Shown here: piece after piece, positions 21,995 through 32,511 of the stretch
Layout: the number at the start of each line of letters is the position of its first letter
Numbering within the stretch: position 1 is the stretch's first letter
Origin: Acidobacteriota bacterium
Lineage (GTDB): Bacteria; Acidobacteriota; Polarisedimenticolia; Gp22-AA2
DNA length: 64,000 nucleotides
Direction of reading: 5' to 3'
Assembly: GCA_003223135.1 (NCBI GenBank)
Contig: QHXX01000023.1
Location: forward strand, 64,120 to 128,119
Position numbers and translations under genes: made by a program
The notes under the pieces: generated by a model
What the model saw: only the letters and a program-made list of their open reading frames with translations
What the model was told of the DNA's origin: nothing
The model's database searches: none

Positions 21995-24900
21995 ATGCGC
22001 CGTGCGCCGTCCCCCCGCTCAGTCCCGCCGATCTGCGCCGCTCTCATCATCCTGAGCGCTCTCTTCGTGGCCCGGTCACCCGGGGCGGCCGAGCCGGACG
22101 AGGCCGCGGCGACGCGTCTCCTCCGATTTCCGACCCTGTCGCGCGACTCGATCGCCTTCGTGTACGCGGGCGACATCTGGACGGTCGCGCGGGGCGGCGG
22201 CCTGGCGCGGCGACTCACTGCCGATCCGGGGCTGGAGCTCATGCCGCGCTATTCCCCGGACGGGACGTGGATCGCATTCACCGGCGAGTACGACGGAAAC
22301 CGCGACGTGTACATCGTCCCGGCCGAGGGGGGCGAGCCGAAGAGGCTGACCTTCTGGACCGACACCGGCCACCCGGCCGAGAGGGCGGGACCGAACAACA
22401 TGGTCGTCGGCTGGACGCCGGACGGGAAGCGGGTCCTGTTCCGATCCCGCCACCAGGCGTGGGAGGACCGGGCCGGCCGGCTGTACACGGTCGCCGTCGA
22501 CGGCGGCCTGCCGGAGCCCTTGCCTATGCCGGAGGGGGGCCTCGCCTCCTTCTCGCCCGACGGCCGGCGGCTCGTCTACAACCGCATCTGGACCAACTTC
22601 CGCACCTGGAAGCGGTATCGCGGCGGGATGACGCTCAGCCTCTGGGTCTACGATATCCCCGGAAACAAGCTGGAGAAGCTGACCGAGAACGACAACAATG
22701 CGACCGAGCCTGCCTGGATCGGCGACCGCATCTACTTCGACTCCGACCGTGACAAGACGTTCAATCTCTTCTCCGTCGACCCGGAGTCGAAGAAGGTCAC
22801 GAAGCTGACCGATCACCGCGAGTACGACGCGCGCTGGGCCTCGGGCGGCCCCGGTGGCGTCGTGTACGAGAACGGCGGCGACATCTACCTGTACGACATC
22901 GCCGCCGGCAAGAGCGCGAAGGTCACCATCCGAGTGCCGGCCGAGCGGCCGGCGGCGCGGCCGGGCTTCATGTCGCTGTCGGAGAAGATCACCGAGTTCG
23001 GACTGTCGCCGGACGGCAAGCGGGCGGTCTTCGTGGCGCGCGGCGAGGTCCTGACGGTCCCCGCCGAGAAGGGGAACACGCGCAACCTGACCAACTCGTC
23101 CGGAGCGCACGACCGCGGCGCCTCCTGGTCGCCCGACGGGAAATCGATCGCCTACCTCTCCGACCAGACCGGCGAGGACGAGATCTGGATCGTCCCCCAG
23201 GACGGCTCCGCCCCGGCGAGACGCCTGACGAGCGACGGCCACGGCTGGCGTTTCGGACCGATCGTCTCGCCCGACAGCAGGAAGATCGCGTTCGCCGACA
23301 AGGACCTGAAGCTGTTCTGGGTCGATGTCGCGAGCGGCAGGGTCACGCAGGCCGACCAGGCCAGGGAAGCGGAGATCAACGATTACGCCTGGTCTCCCGA
23401 CAGCCGCTGGCTGGCCTACTCGAAGCAGAATCCCGACCAGATGCGGCAGATCTACCTTTACTCCCTCGAAACGGGCAGGGTGACGCGGGTCACCTCCGAC
23501 ATGAACGACAGCCGCGCCCCCGTCTTCGACCCTGACGGACGCTACCTCTACTTCCTGTCGGACCGCGACCTGAATGCCAGCGTCGGGGCGTTCGACTTTT
23601 CCTATGTCTACAACAACGTCACGCGCGTGTATGCCCTGACGCTCCGGAAAGATCTGCCCTCTCCGTTCGCCCCGGAATCGGACGAGGTGAAGGTCGGGGA
23701 GGCGGGCAAGGAGGCCGGGACGGAGAAGGAGACCGGCAAGGAGAAGAAGGCAGGCGCCAGAGAGGCGGCGAAGGAAGTCGCGCCGATCAAGGTCGACCTG
23801 GAGGGCATCGAGGAGCGGATCGCAGCGTTCCCGATACAGCCCGCGACCGTGTCCGACCTCCGCGCCGGCAAATCGACCGTCTATTACATGACCGGGCCCT
23901 CCCCGAACCTGAGCGATGACGGAGATGATGGCGGGTCGAAGGGCATCGTGCACGCCTTCGACATGGAGAAGCGCAAGGACGCGGTGCTGATCTCCGACGT
24001 CGGCAGCTACGACCTCTCGGCGGACGGCGCCAAGGTGATCTACTCAGCCGGAAAGCAATACGGGATCATCGACGCGAAGCCGGGTGCTGTGGCGGCCAAG
24101 GTCGGCGACGGCGTTCTGAAGCTCGACGGGCTGTCGATGTTTCTCGATCCGAGGGCCGAGTGGCGGCAGATCTTCGACGAAACCTGGCGGCTCGAGCGCG
24201 ACTTCTTCTACGTCCCGAACATGCACGGCCTCGACTGGCCGGCGATGAAGCGGAAGTACGGCGCTCTGGTTCCGCACGTCGCCCACCGCTTCGCCCTCAC
24301 GTACCTCATCGGCGAGATGATCGCCGAGCTGAATGCGGGTCATGCCTACGTCGGCGGCGGCGACATGCCGAAGGCGAAGACCGTGCCGATAGCACTTCTC
24401 GGCGTCGACTACGGGCTCGACAGGGCGAGCGGTCGCTACCGCATCGGGCGCATCCTGCAGGGGCAGAACTGGGTCGAGTCGCGCCGCGCGCCGCTCACCG
24501 AGCCGGGCGTCGACGTGCCGGAGGGGTCCTACGTCCTGAAGATCGACGGCGTCGATCTGAAATCGCCGGCGGTTCCGGACGATCTGCTGCAGAACAAGAC
24601 CGGGGGGACGGTCACCCTGACCATCAACAGCCGCCCGGACGACAAGGGCGCCCGGCAGGTCGCGGTGCGGCCGCTTGCCGACGAGGAGCAGCTGCGCTAC
24701 TTCGACCGGATCGAGACCCTTCGGAAGAAGGTCGAGAAGGCGACCGAAGGCAAGGTCGGCTACCTGCACATCCCGAACATGGGCGGCGACGGGCTGAACG
24801 AGTTCGTGCGCCAGTACTACCCGCAGATCCGCAAGCAGGGAATGATTATCGACGTGCGCAACAACGGCGGGGGCTTCGTCTCCGAGCTGATCCTCGAGCG

Positions 24901-25351
24901 TCTGCGCCGCGTGCTCGCCGGCATGGGGAACAGTCGCAACGGCGGCGTGACCACCTACCCATCCCAGGTCTTCTACGGGCCGATGGTCTGCCTGATCAAC
25001 CACTACTCGGCGTCCGACGGCGACATCTTCCCTTACTTCTTCAAGAAATACGGACTCGGGCCGCTCATCGGCACGCGCACCTGGGGCGGCGTCGTCGGCA
25101 TCCGCGGTTATTCGCCGCTCGTGGACGGGGGCTATGTCACCCGCCCGGAATTCGGGACGTACGGTCTCGAAGGGCAGTGGGTCATCGAGGGGCATGGCGT
25201 CGATCCCGACATCGAGGTCGACAACCGGGACGACCTGGTCGTTGAGGGCCGCGACCCGCAGCTCGAGAAGGGAATCGAGGTGGTCATGGAGCAGATCCGG
25301 AAGGGGCCGAAGACGCTCCCCCCGGTGCCGCCGCCGCCCGTGAAGAACTGA
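21995..25351 (+). CDS. tricorn protease homologue (beta-propeller + PDZ + S41 C-terminal peptidase domain), secreted
   Basis: ATG 21995 with AAGGAG SD (ORF listed from GTG 21992); signal peptide; WD40-like/beta-propeller repeats (PDG/SPDG motifs), C-terminal S41 domain (IPNMGGDGLNEF...VRNNGGGFVSELILERL). Confidence 0.8.
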   Translation: MRRAPSPRSVPPICAALIILSALFVARSPGAAEPDEAAATRLLRFPTLSRDSIAFVYAGDIWTVARGGGLARRLTADPGLELMPRYSPDGTWIAFTGEYDGNRDVYIVPAEGGEPKRLTFWTDTGHPAERAGPNNMVVGWTPDGKRVLFRSRHQAWEDRAGRLYTVAVDGGLPEPLPMPEGGLASFSPDGRRLVYNRIWTNFRTWKRYRGGMTLSLWVYDIPGNKLEKLTENDNNATEPAWIGDRIYFDSDRDKTFNLFSVDPESKKVTKLTDHREYDARWASGGPGGVVYENGGDIYLYDIAAGKSAKVTIRVPAERPAARPGFMSLSEKITEFGLSPDGKRAVFVARGEVLTVPAEKGNTRNLTNSSGAHDRGASWSPDGKSIAYLSDQTGEDEIWIVPQDGSAPARRLTSDGHGWRFGPIVSPDSRKIAFADKDLKLFWVDVASGRVTQADQAREAEINDYAWSPDSRWLAYSKQNPDQMRQIYLYSLETGRVTRVTSDMNDSRAPVFDPDGRYLYFLSDRDLNASVGAFDFSYVYNNVTRVYALTLRKDLPSPFAPESDEVKVGEAGKEAGTEKETGKEKKAGAREAAKEVAPIKVDLEGIEERIAAFPIQPATVSDLRAGKSTVYYMTGPSPNLSDDGDDGGSKGIVHAFDMEKRKDAVLISDVGSYDLSADGAKVIYSAGKQYGIIDAKPGAVAAKVGDGVLKLDGLSMFLDPRAEWRQIFDETWRLERDFFYVPNMHGLDWPAMKRKYGALVPHVAHRFALTYLIGEMIAELNAGHAYVGGGDMPKAKTVPIALLGVDYGLDRASGRYRIGRILQGQNWVESRRAPLTEPGVDVPEGSYVLKIDGVDLKSPAVPDDLLQNKTGGTVTLTINSRPDDKGARQVAVRPLADEEQLRYFDRIETLRKKVEKATEGKVGYLHIPNMGGDGLNEFVRQYYPQIRKQGMIIDVRNNGGGFVSELILERLRRVLAGMGNSRNGGVTTYPSQVFYGPMVCLINHYSASDGDIFPYFFKKYGLGPLIGTRTWGGVVGIRGYSPLVDGGYVTRPEFGTYGLEGQWVIEGHGVDPDIEVDNRDDLVVEGRDPQLEKGIEVVMEQIRKGPKTLPPVPPPPVKN

Positions 25352-25401
25352 AAGGGAGTAGCGCCCCGCCACACCGGGGCGAGCGATCGACAGGAGCCGC
25401 C

Positions 25402-25968
25402 ATGGAACGCCATCCTCCGAACCCCGACGCACGATCCCTCGAGGAGGCCTTCTTCGCCAAGCAGAACGCCGAGCTGCTGGAGAAACTCAGGAAGGAGGCC
25501 CGCCACAAGGAGCGCCGCCAGGCCCTGCGCGAGGTGGTCCCGAACGCCGACGAGGCGCTCCTCGACCGCTTGCTCGAGATGGATCTAGGACCCGAGACTA
25601 TCCTGGCCCTCATCCTCGTCCCGCTCGTGGCGGTGGCCTGGGCCGACGGCCGGATCGATCCCCGCGAGCGCGCCGCACTCCTCAAGGCGGCCGAGGAGCG
25701 AGGCGTCGCGCCGGGGAGCGCCGCCCGCCGGCTCCTCGAGGGCTGGCTCATACGCCGGCCAGAGTCTCATCTCCTCGAGGCGTGGACGCGTTACGTGCGC
25801 GCCATCTGGGGCTCGCTCGGGGAGGCGGAGCGCCGCGCCGTGCACTCACGCATGATCGAGCTCGCGCGTGGCGTTGCCGAAGCCGCCGGCGGCTTCCTCG
25901 GACTCGGGTCCAAGGTCTCCCCCGCCGAGCGCGCGGTCCTGGAGGAGCTGGAGCGGGCGCTGCGCTGA
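25402..25968 (+). CDS. TerB-like (tellurite-resistance TerB / DjlA N-domain-like) protein
   Basis: Two TerB-like motifs (ILALILVPLVAVAWADGRIDPRERAALLKAAEERGV and GFLGLGSKVSPAERAVLEELERAL); CAGGAG SD; assignment tentative. Confidence 0.4.
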   Translation: MERHPPNPDARSLEEAFFAKQNAELLEKLRKEARHKERRQALREVVPNADEALLDRLLEMDLGPETILALILVPLVAVAWADGRIDPRERAALLKAAEERGVAPGSAARRLLEGWLIRRPESHLLEAWTRYVRAIWGSLGEAERRAVHSRMIELARGVAEAAGGFLGLGSKVSPAERAVLEELERALR

Positions 25969-25983
25969 GGGCGCCCGCCCTTT

Positions 25984-28900
25984 TCAGCTCGCGGTCCGGA
26001 CCCCGGTGGTATCGAAGTCGGCCGTACCGGGGACTCTCGTCGTCTGCGGCGGCGCAGCCGGGTCGGAGGCGCGCCAGAGGTCGCGGACCCAGCGGGCGGC
26101 GGCCTCGACGCCGAGGTTGATGTAAGGCAGGACGATGAGCGTCAGGAGAGTCGACGAGGCCAGGCCCCCGATCACGGTCCGGGCGAGAGGATAGTAGTAG
26201 ACGTCGCCGCCCAGGGTGGAATGGCCGAGGGCCAGCGGGATCAGCCCGACGATGGCAGTCAGCGCGGTCATCAGGACCGCGCGCAGCCGGTCGCGCCCGG
26301 CCTGCAGGATCGCCTCGTCGCGTCCCAGGCCGGCCCGCCGCAGCTGGTTCATGTGGTCGAGAAGGACGATGCCGTTCTTCACCACGATGCCGATCAGCAT
26401 CAAAAGACCGATCTGGGCCATCAGATTGAACGGCGTGCGGGTCGCGGCCAAAAGCCAGGCGGCGCCCGGCAGCGCGAACGGGATCGAAAAAAGGATCGCG
26501 AAGGGCTGCGCGACCGATTCGAACAGCGACGCCATGGCGAGATAGACCAGGACGAGCGCCAGGAGGAAGTTGATCCCCATCTGCTGGTTCTCCTCTCCCT
26601 GCTGGATGATCTTGTCGTCGTAGGACCAGGTGTAGCCCGGCGGCAGGTCGAAGGAGTCCATCAGCGCGGTGATCTGTTTCTGCGTGCTTTGCCAGTCCTT
26701 CCCTTCGTAGGTGGCGTTGACCGCGACCCGCACCTTGCGGTTCTCGCGCGCGATCTGGTCGGCGCGCCGGATGACCTGGAACGAGGCGATATCGCCCAGG
26801 CGCACCGGCCGGTCCGGCGGGCCCAGCTGGATCGCCCTGAGGTCCTCGAGGTTCTCGCGATCGATCTGCCGCAGCTCCAGCCAGGACTCGACCTCCTTGT
26901 CCCCGGTGTTGAACCGCCGCAGGCGCATCCCGCCGAGGGTGAACTGGAAGATCTGCGACACGTCGTCGGCCGTCAGGCCGGCGCGCAGGCTCTTGGCCCG
27001 ATCGATCACCACCTGGATCTCATTGCGTCCCTTGTTGAGGGACGAATTGATGTCCTGCACCCCCTCGACGGTCGACAGGCGTCGCGCCGCCTCGTCGGCG
27101 AGCTTCGTCAGGATGCCGCTGTCATGCCCGAAGAACTTGACCGCGAAGTAGGTGCTGTTGCCCCCTTCCTGCGCCTCCTCGGAGAAGAAGATGCGGGCGC
27201 CCGGGACCTGGGGCAGCTCGTCCCGGATCTGCTTGCGGATCGCCTTGATCTCGTCGTCGCCGATGTTCTCGCGCGTCAGAATGAGCACGGTGCCCGCTTC
27301 GTTTTCGCGGAAGAAGCTGTAGATCGACTTGATGAAGAAGCGCTCCCGGTTGGCGCGGAAGAACGCCTCGGCGGTGCTCACCGCCTTCTCGGCGTCCGAC
27401 TTGTAGGCGAAATCGGAGAACTCATACCGCATGAACAGCCGCTTGTTGCTGACCCCGGCGAACAGCGCCGTCTGCACCATCCCGGTCATGAACGGGACGA
27501 CCCCGGCGCCCAGCCCCAGCACGACGATGAGCAGTGTCCAGGCCTTGTGTCGCAGGGTCCAGGCGAGCGCCGCGACGTAGCGCTCCTCCAGCCAGGCGAG
27601 GCTCTTCGGCTGCTCCGCCGGCCGGCGCCGCAGCCACCAGGCCGACATGAGGGGAATCAGCGTCAGCGACGAAAACAGGGAGCAGGCGAGCGAGATCGAG
27701 ATCGACAGGCCCACCTCCTTCAGCCAGGTGGTGAGCTCTGTGCTGGCGCCGACGACCAGGGGCAGGAAGACGATGATCGTCGTGAGGGTCGAGCAGGTCA
27801 CCGCCATCGACACCTCGCGCGCCCCGATCTGCGCCGCGAGGTTTGCGTCGCTTACCGTGCGCCGGCGGCGGTCGATCGACTCGAGGACGACGATGGCGTC
27901 GTCCACCAGCATCCCGATGCCGAGCATCAGCCCGCACATGGACAGGATGTTGAGTGTCTTGCCCATGAAATACATCAGGCCGCAGGCCGCGATGACCGAA
28001 AACGGAATACACAGCGACACGATGAACGTCGAGTCGAAGCGGCGCAGGAAGAAGTACAGCACGATGATGGCGAATACGCCACCGAGGATGCCGGCGTGCT
28101 TCAAGCCGTCGATCCCGGAGGTGATCTGTTTCGCCTGGTCGTCGAAGGTGAAGAGCTTGATCCCGTTCAGGAGCGGATCCTTGTCGATGTCCTCCGTGAT
28201 GACCTTCATCACGGCGCGCACGACGTCGACGGTGTTGGCCGTGGACTCCTTGAAGATGTCCAGGGCCACCGCCTGGCTGCCGTCGAGATGACGGCCGATG
28301 CCGATCGGCGGCTCTTCGTAACGGATCTCGGCGATGTCCTTGAGCTTGAGCCCGCGGTCGTTCACCGAGAGCTCGCCGATCGCCTCCAGCGACTCGAACG
28401 ACCCCAGGGCGCGCGCCGTGTAGCGCAGGCCGTCGTGGCTGACCTGCCCGAGCACCAGGTTCGAGGTCGCCCCCTGCAGCCGCTGCAGGAGAGAGCCGAT
28501 GTCGACGCCGTGCTCCTTGATCCGATCGAGGACCAGGTCGATGAAGATCTCGCGCGCCTCGACACCGCTGAGGCTGACGCGCGCCACGCCGGGGACCCGG
28601 CGGATGCGGTTCACCACGCGGCTCTCGAGCAGGTCGTAATTCTTCGACAGGTCGATCCCCTCGGTGGCGATGCGCGACTGCACCACCGGAATGTCGCTGG
28701 TGTTGAAGGAGACGATCAGGATCTCGCCGATCCCCTCCGGCAGGCTCGGCTTGACCTGGTCCATCTTCTCGCTCACCTGCATCCGCACGATGTCGAGGTT
28801 CTGGCCCCAGTTGAATTCGAGCTGGATCTCGGCACTGTCGGCGGTCGAGGTCGAGCCGAGCCGATTCACCCCCGGGATGGTGGCCAGGACCTCTTCCACC

Positions 28901-29097
28901 GGCTTGGTGATCTGTTTCTCGATCTGCGTCGGGTTGGAGTTCGGGTAGGGGATGGTGATGCTGATTTCGGGAATGTCGACGCTGGGCAGGAAGGCCAGCG
29001 GCAGCCGCGCCATGGCGATGCCGCCCACGACCATGACGCTCAGCAGGATCATCAGGGTGGTGATCGGGCGCTTGATCGACAGCTCGGGAAGGCTCAT
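25984..29097 (-). CDS. RND efflux transporter permease (AcrB/MdtC-like)
   Basis: 12-TM RND architecture with two large periplasmic loops; N-terminus MSLPELSIKRPITT..., downstream gene of MFP-RND-RND operon. Confidence 0.9.
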   Translation of the reverse strand: MSLPELSIKRPITTLMILLSVMVVGGIAMARLPLAFLPSVDIPEISITIPYPNSNPTQIEKQITKPVEEVLATIPGVNRLGSTSTADSAEIQLEFNWGQNLDIVRMQVSEKMDQVKPSLPEGIGEILIVSFNTSDIPVVQSRIATEGIDLSKNYDLLESRVVNRIRRVPGVARVSLSGVEAREIFIDLVLDRIKEHGVDIGSLLQRLQGATSNLVLGQVSHDGLRYTARALGSFESLEAIGELSVNDRGLKLKDIAEIRYEEPPIGIGRHLDGSQAVALDIFKESTANTVDVVRAVMKVITEDIDKDPLLNGIKLFTFDDQAKQITSGIDGLKHAGILGGVFAIIVLYFFLRRFDSTFIVSLCIPFSVIAACGLMYFMGKTLNILSMCGLMLGIGMLVDDAIVVLESIDRRRRTVSDANLAAQIGAREVSMAVTCSTLTTIIVFLPLVVGASTELTTWLKEVGLSISISLACSLFSSLTLIPLMSAWWLRRRPAEQPKSLAWLEERYVAALAWTLRHKAWTLLIVVLGLGAGVVPFMTGMVQTALFAGVSNKRLFMRYEFSDFAYKSDAEKAVSTAEAFFRANRERFFIKSIYSFFRENEAGTVLILTRENIGDDEIKAIRKQIRDELPQVPGARIFFSEEAQEGGNSTYFAVKFFGHDSGILTKLADEAARRLSTVEGVQDINSSLNKGRNEIQVVIDRAKSLRAGLTADDVSQIFQFTLGGMRLRRFNTGDKEVESWLELRQIDRENLEDLRAIQLGPPDRPVRLGDIASFQVIRRADQIARENRKVRVAVNATYEGKDWQSTQKQITALMDSFDLPPGYTWSYDDKIIQQGEENQQMGINFLLALVLVYLAMASLFESVAQPFAILFSIPFALPGAAWLLAATRTPFNLMAQIGLLMLIGIVVKNGIVLLDHMNQLRRAGLGRDEAILQAGRDRLRAVLMTALTAIVGLIPLALGHSTLGGDVYYYPLARTVIGGLASSTLLTLIVLPYINLGVEAAARWVRDLWRASDPAAPPQTTRVPGTADFDTTGVRTAS

Positions 29098-29133
29098 AAA
29101 ACGAACGCTCCGTCGGCCCGGGGGCGCGCGGCG

Positions 29134-32100
29134 CTACAGCTCCTGCCGCGTCGGGACCGGGCCCGGCTCGACCCCGTCGGCGAAGCGGGCCGAAAGGGGG
29201 CTCCCCAGGGCCGGCTGCGGCAGGAAGCCGGATCCGGGAGCCGCGCTCGATGATTCGGTTTCAGGGGTCATGCCCGGGGCTCCGTCGCCCCCCGGCGCCG
29301 GGGCGCCGGCGACCGCCGGGACGAACGCCTTGCGGTCGACGAGCGTGTAGATCACCGGGATGACGATGAGGGTCAGGACGGTCGACACGCTCAGGCCGCC
29401 GATGACGGTCACCGCCAAAGGCCCGCGCAGCTCGGCCCCCTCGCCCAGTCCCAGCGCCATCGGCAAAAGGCCCAGGATGGTCGTGGCCGTGGTCATCAGG
29501 ATCGGGCGCATGCGCCGGAGCCCGGCCTCGATGAGCGCCTCTTCGCGCGGCATCCCCTCGGAGCGCAGCATGTTCACGGCGTCGATCAGGACGATGGCGT
29601 TCTTGACCACGATCCCGGCCAGCATCACCGCGCCGATCATCGCCACCACGTTGACCGAGTGCCCGGTGACGACGAGCGCCAGGACCGCGCCGATCACGCC
29701 GAGCGGTACTGTGAACATGACGACGAACGGATGCAGGAGCGACTCGAACTCGCAGGCCATCACCAGGTACACCAGGAAGATCGCCAGCGCCATCGCCATC
29801 TTCAGCGACTGGAACGAGCGCTGCATCTCGTCCTCCTGGCCGCTCAGCCCGGCGACGACGCCGGCCGGGAAGGAGTGCCGCCCGATCGTCGCCCGCACGT
29901 CGGCCGCCACCGCCCCCATGTCCCGCCCCGAGATGTCGCCGGAGATGACCGCCGCGCGCTTCTGCGCCACGCGCCGGATCTCGCTCGGCCCCTCCGCCAG
30001 CTTCACGTCGGCGACCGACTTGAGGAAGATCGGCACGCCGTCGCGCTGCGCGACGATCATCCCGCTGACGTCGTCCACCGTGGCGCTCCCGACCTCGACC
30101 GAGCGCACCAGGATGTTGATCTCACGGTCGCCCTCGAGGAAGCGGGTCGCCACCTCGCCCTGCACCTTGTTGCGCACGGTCGTGGCCACCTGGAACAGGT
30201 CGAGCCCGAGCCTGGAGAGCTGCTCGCGGTTGAAGGTGAGCTGCAGCTCGGGGTTGCCGATCTCCATCGACGACTTCACGTCGACCAGTCCCGGGACCTT
30301 TTCGATCTCCTTCTTCAGGGACGCGGCCGAAGTGTCCAGATCGGTCAGGCTGTCGCCGTAGATCTCGACCTCGATCGGCGTGCGGAACGTGAAGTAGGAC
30401 GGGCGCTCGAACTTGTAGCGCGCGATGCGCGTCGATTCCAGCCGCGATCGCAGGACCGCCGCTACGGCCTCCTCGTCCTTGCGCCCCAGGCCTTTCTTGA
30501 GGCGCACCTGAAGGCGGGCGGCGTTCTCGCCCTCCGTCCCGGTCTTCGAGAGCGACAGCCCGGCCCCGCCGATGATGCTGGAGACCGCGTCGACCCGCGG
30601 GTCGTCCTTGAGGACCGCCTGGACGTCCTGAACGAAGCGGTCGGTCGAATCGAGCGGCGTCCCCTCCGGCAGCTCGACCAGGAAGCTGAACTCCCCCTGC
30701 GAGAAGGACGGGATCAGGTCGATCCCCAGTCCCTGCGCCAGAGCCAGGGACCCCAGGAAGGCGAGGAGCGCCGTGCCCAGGACCGTCCCCGGCGCCCGCA
30801 GCGACCAGCGCAGGACGACGGGGTACGACTTCATGACGGCGTCCAGGCCGCGGTCGAACGTGTAGGTGATCGGACGCGCCACCCGGGCGATGAACGACCC
30901 CGTGACGCCGGCCCAGCGGCGGACATACCGCAGGCCGACCCCCGGGGCTGTGACGAACGAGCGATGCAAGAGACGCTTCATGCCCTGTCTGTCCCCGGCG
31001 GTCGCGGCGGCGGCCGGCGCCGCCGGGCGCGCGGCCCCCATGAGCGCCGAGACCATCGGGATGATTGTGAGCGACACGACCAAAGACGCCAGGAGCGAGA
31101 ACGACACGGTCAGCGCCTGATCGCGGAACAGCTGCGCCGCGATCCCCTGGACGAACACCACCGGCACGAACACGGCGATCGTCGTCAGGGTCGACGCGAC
31201 CACGGCGCGGCCGACCTCCATAGCACCCCGCTGCGCGGCCACCGCCCCCGACTCGCCCCGCTCGCGCCTCTTGAAGATCGCCTCCAGGACGACGATCGAG
31301 TCGTCCACCAGCATGCCGACGCCGAGCGCCAGGCCGCCGAGCGACATGACGTTGAGCGTCGTGCCGGTCTGGTACATCAGGAAGAAGGTGGCGATGATCG
31401 AGATCGGGATCGAGACGCTGATGATCAGAGTGCTGTAGAGATCCTTGAGGAACAGCAGGATGATCAAGATGGAAAGGGCGCCCCCCTCGAGGGCGTTGAC
31501 GATCACCTCGTGGATCGAATCCTGAATGAAGCGGGACTGGTCGACACCCGCGGTCACCGTGATGCCGGACGGCAGCTCCTTCTGCACGGCCTCGAGCCGC
31601 TTCTGCACGGCGCGCGCCACGGACACGGTGTTGGCGTCCCCTTCCTTGTAGATCGCCAGCTCGACCGCTTCCTCACCGCCGAAGCGCGTGATCGCCTCGC
31701 GCTGCTTGTGGCCGCGCGTCACCTCGGCCACGTCGGACATCACGACGTTGCGCCCGTCCTTCGTCACCAGGACGGTCTTCATGATGTCGTCCAGATCCTT
31801 GAACTCGTTGCGGGAGCGCACCAGGTAGCGCGCCTCCTGCTCGTACAGGCTGCCGCCCGCCTGGTTGACGTTCTCACGCAAGAGCTTCTGGTTGACGTCC
31901 TGGATGCCGACGCCGAGAAGGGAGAGCTTCCCCTGGTCGACCCGGACCTGGATCTCCTCTTCGTAGCCGCCGTTCACCTTGATCGCCGCGACCCCCTCGG
32001 TCGACTCGAGGTCCTTCTTCAGCACTTCGTCCGCGACGTAGCGGAGCTGGTACAGGTTCGCGCTGCCGCGGAGGTACAGGCGGAGGATCGGGTCGTTGTT

Positions 32101-32493
32101 CGGATCGAGGCGCAGGACGATCGGCTTTCCCGACTCGCGCGGCAGGCGCACGAGATCCAGCTTCTCGCGCACGTCCAGGGCGGCGAAGTCCATGTTGCGC
32201 CCCCAGCCGAACTCGAGCGTCACCTGCGACAGCCCCGGTCGCGACACGGAGATCAGACGCTGCACGCCCGCCACCACACCGACCACCTCTTCGACCGGAC
32301 GGCTGACGAGCGACTCGATCTCCGCCGGCGCCGCTCCCTGATAGCGGGTCTCGACCGTCAGGCTGGGGTACGAGATGTTCGGCAGGAGGTTGATCGGCAG
32401 GCGGGTGAAGGCGACGATGCCGAACACGACGAGTGCGATGGCACACATCGTGACCGTGACCCGCCGCCTTAACGAGAACTCGATGAGGCTCAT
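29134..32493 (-). CDS. RND efflux transporter permease (AcrB/MdtB-like) with ~70-aa Pro/Gly/Ala-rich C-terminal tail
   Basis: MSLIEFSLRRRVTVTMCAIALVVFG... RND fold; tandem with second RND gene as in mdtABC. Confidence 0.9.
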   Translation of the reverse strand: MSLIEFSLRRRVTVTMCAIALVVFGIVAFTRLPINLLPNISYPSLTVETRYQGAAPAEIESLVSRPVEEVVGVVAGVQRLISVSRPGLSQVTLEFGWGRNMDFAALDVREKLDLVRLPRESGKPIVLRLDPNNDPILRLYLRGSANLYQLRYVADEVLKKDLESTEGVAAIKVNGGYEEEIQVRVDQGKLSLLGVGIQDVNQKLLRENVNQAGGSLYEQEARYLVRSRNEFKDLDDIMKTVLVTKDGRNVVMSDVAEVTRGHKQREAITRFGGEEAVELAIYKEGDANTVSVARAVQKRLEAVQKELPSGITVTAGVDQSRFIQDSIHEVIVNALEGGALSILIILLFLKDLYSTLIISVSIPISIIATFFLMYQTGTTLNVMSLGGLALGVGMLVDDSIVVLEAIFKRRERGESGAVAAQRGAMEVGRAVVASTLTTIAVFVPVVFVQGIAAQLFRDQALTVSFSLLASLVVSLTIIPMVSALMGAARPAAPAAAATAGDRQGMKRLLHRSFVTAPGVGLRYVRRWAGVTGSFIARVARPITYTFDRGLDAVMKSYPVVLRWSLRAPGTVLGTALLAFLGSLALAQGLGIDLIPSFSQGEFSFLVELPEGTPLDSTDRFVQDVQAVLKDDPRVDAVSSIIGGAGLSLSKTGTEGENAARLQVRLKKGLGRKDEEAVAAVLRSRLESTRIARYKFERPSYFTFRTPIEVEIYGDSLTDLDTSAASLKKEIEKVPGLVDVKSSMEIGNPELQLTFNREQLSRLGLDLFQVATTVRNKVQGEVATRFLEGDREINILVRSVEVGSATVDDVSGMIVAQRDGVPIFLKSVADVKLAEGPSEIRRVAQKRAAVISGDISGRDMGAVAADVRATIGRHSFPAGVVAGLSGQEDEMQRSFQSLKMAMALAIFLVYLVMACEFESLLHPFVVMFTVPLGVIGAVLALVVTGHSVNVVAMIGAVMLAGIVVKNAIVLIDAVNMLRSEGMPREEALIEAGLRRMRPILMTTATTILGLLPMALGLGEGAELRGPLAVTVIGGLSVSTVLTLIVIPVIYTLVDRKAFVPAVAGAPAPGGDGAPGMTPETESSSAAPGSGFLPQPALGSPLSARFADGVEPGPVPTRQEL

Positions 32494-32511
32494 GGTCGGC
32501 CGTCCCCGGGG

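Noticed and set aside
25969-25992. Bidirectional terminator between TerB-like and RND genes (GAGGGCGCCCGCCCTTTTC)
   Set aside because: Stem is short with a 2-nt loop; plausible but too weak to list as a feature
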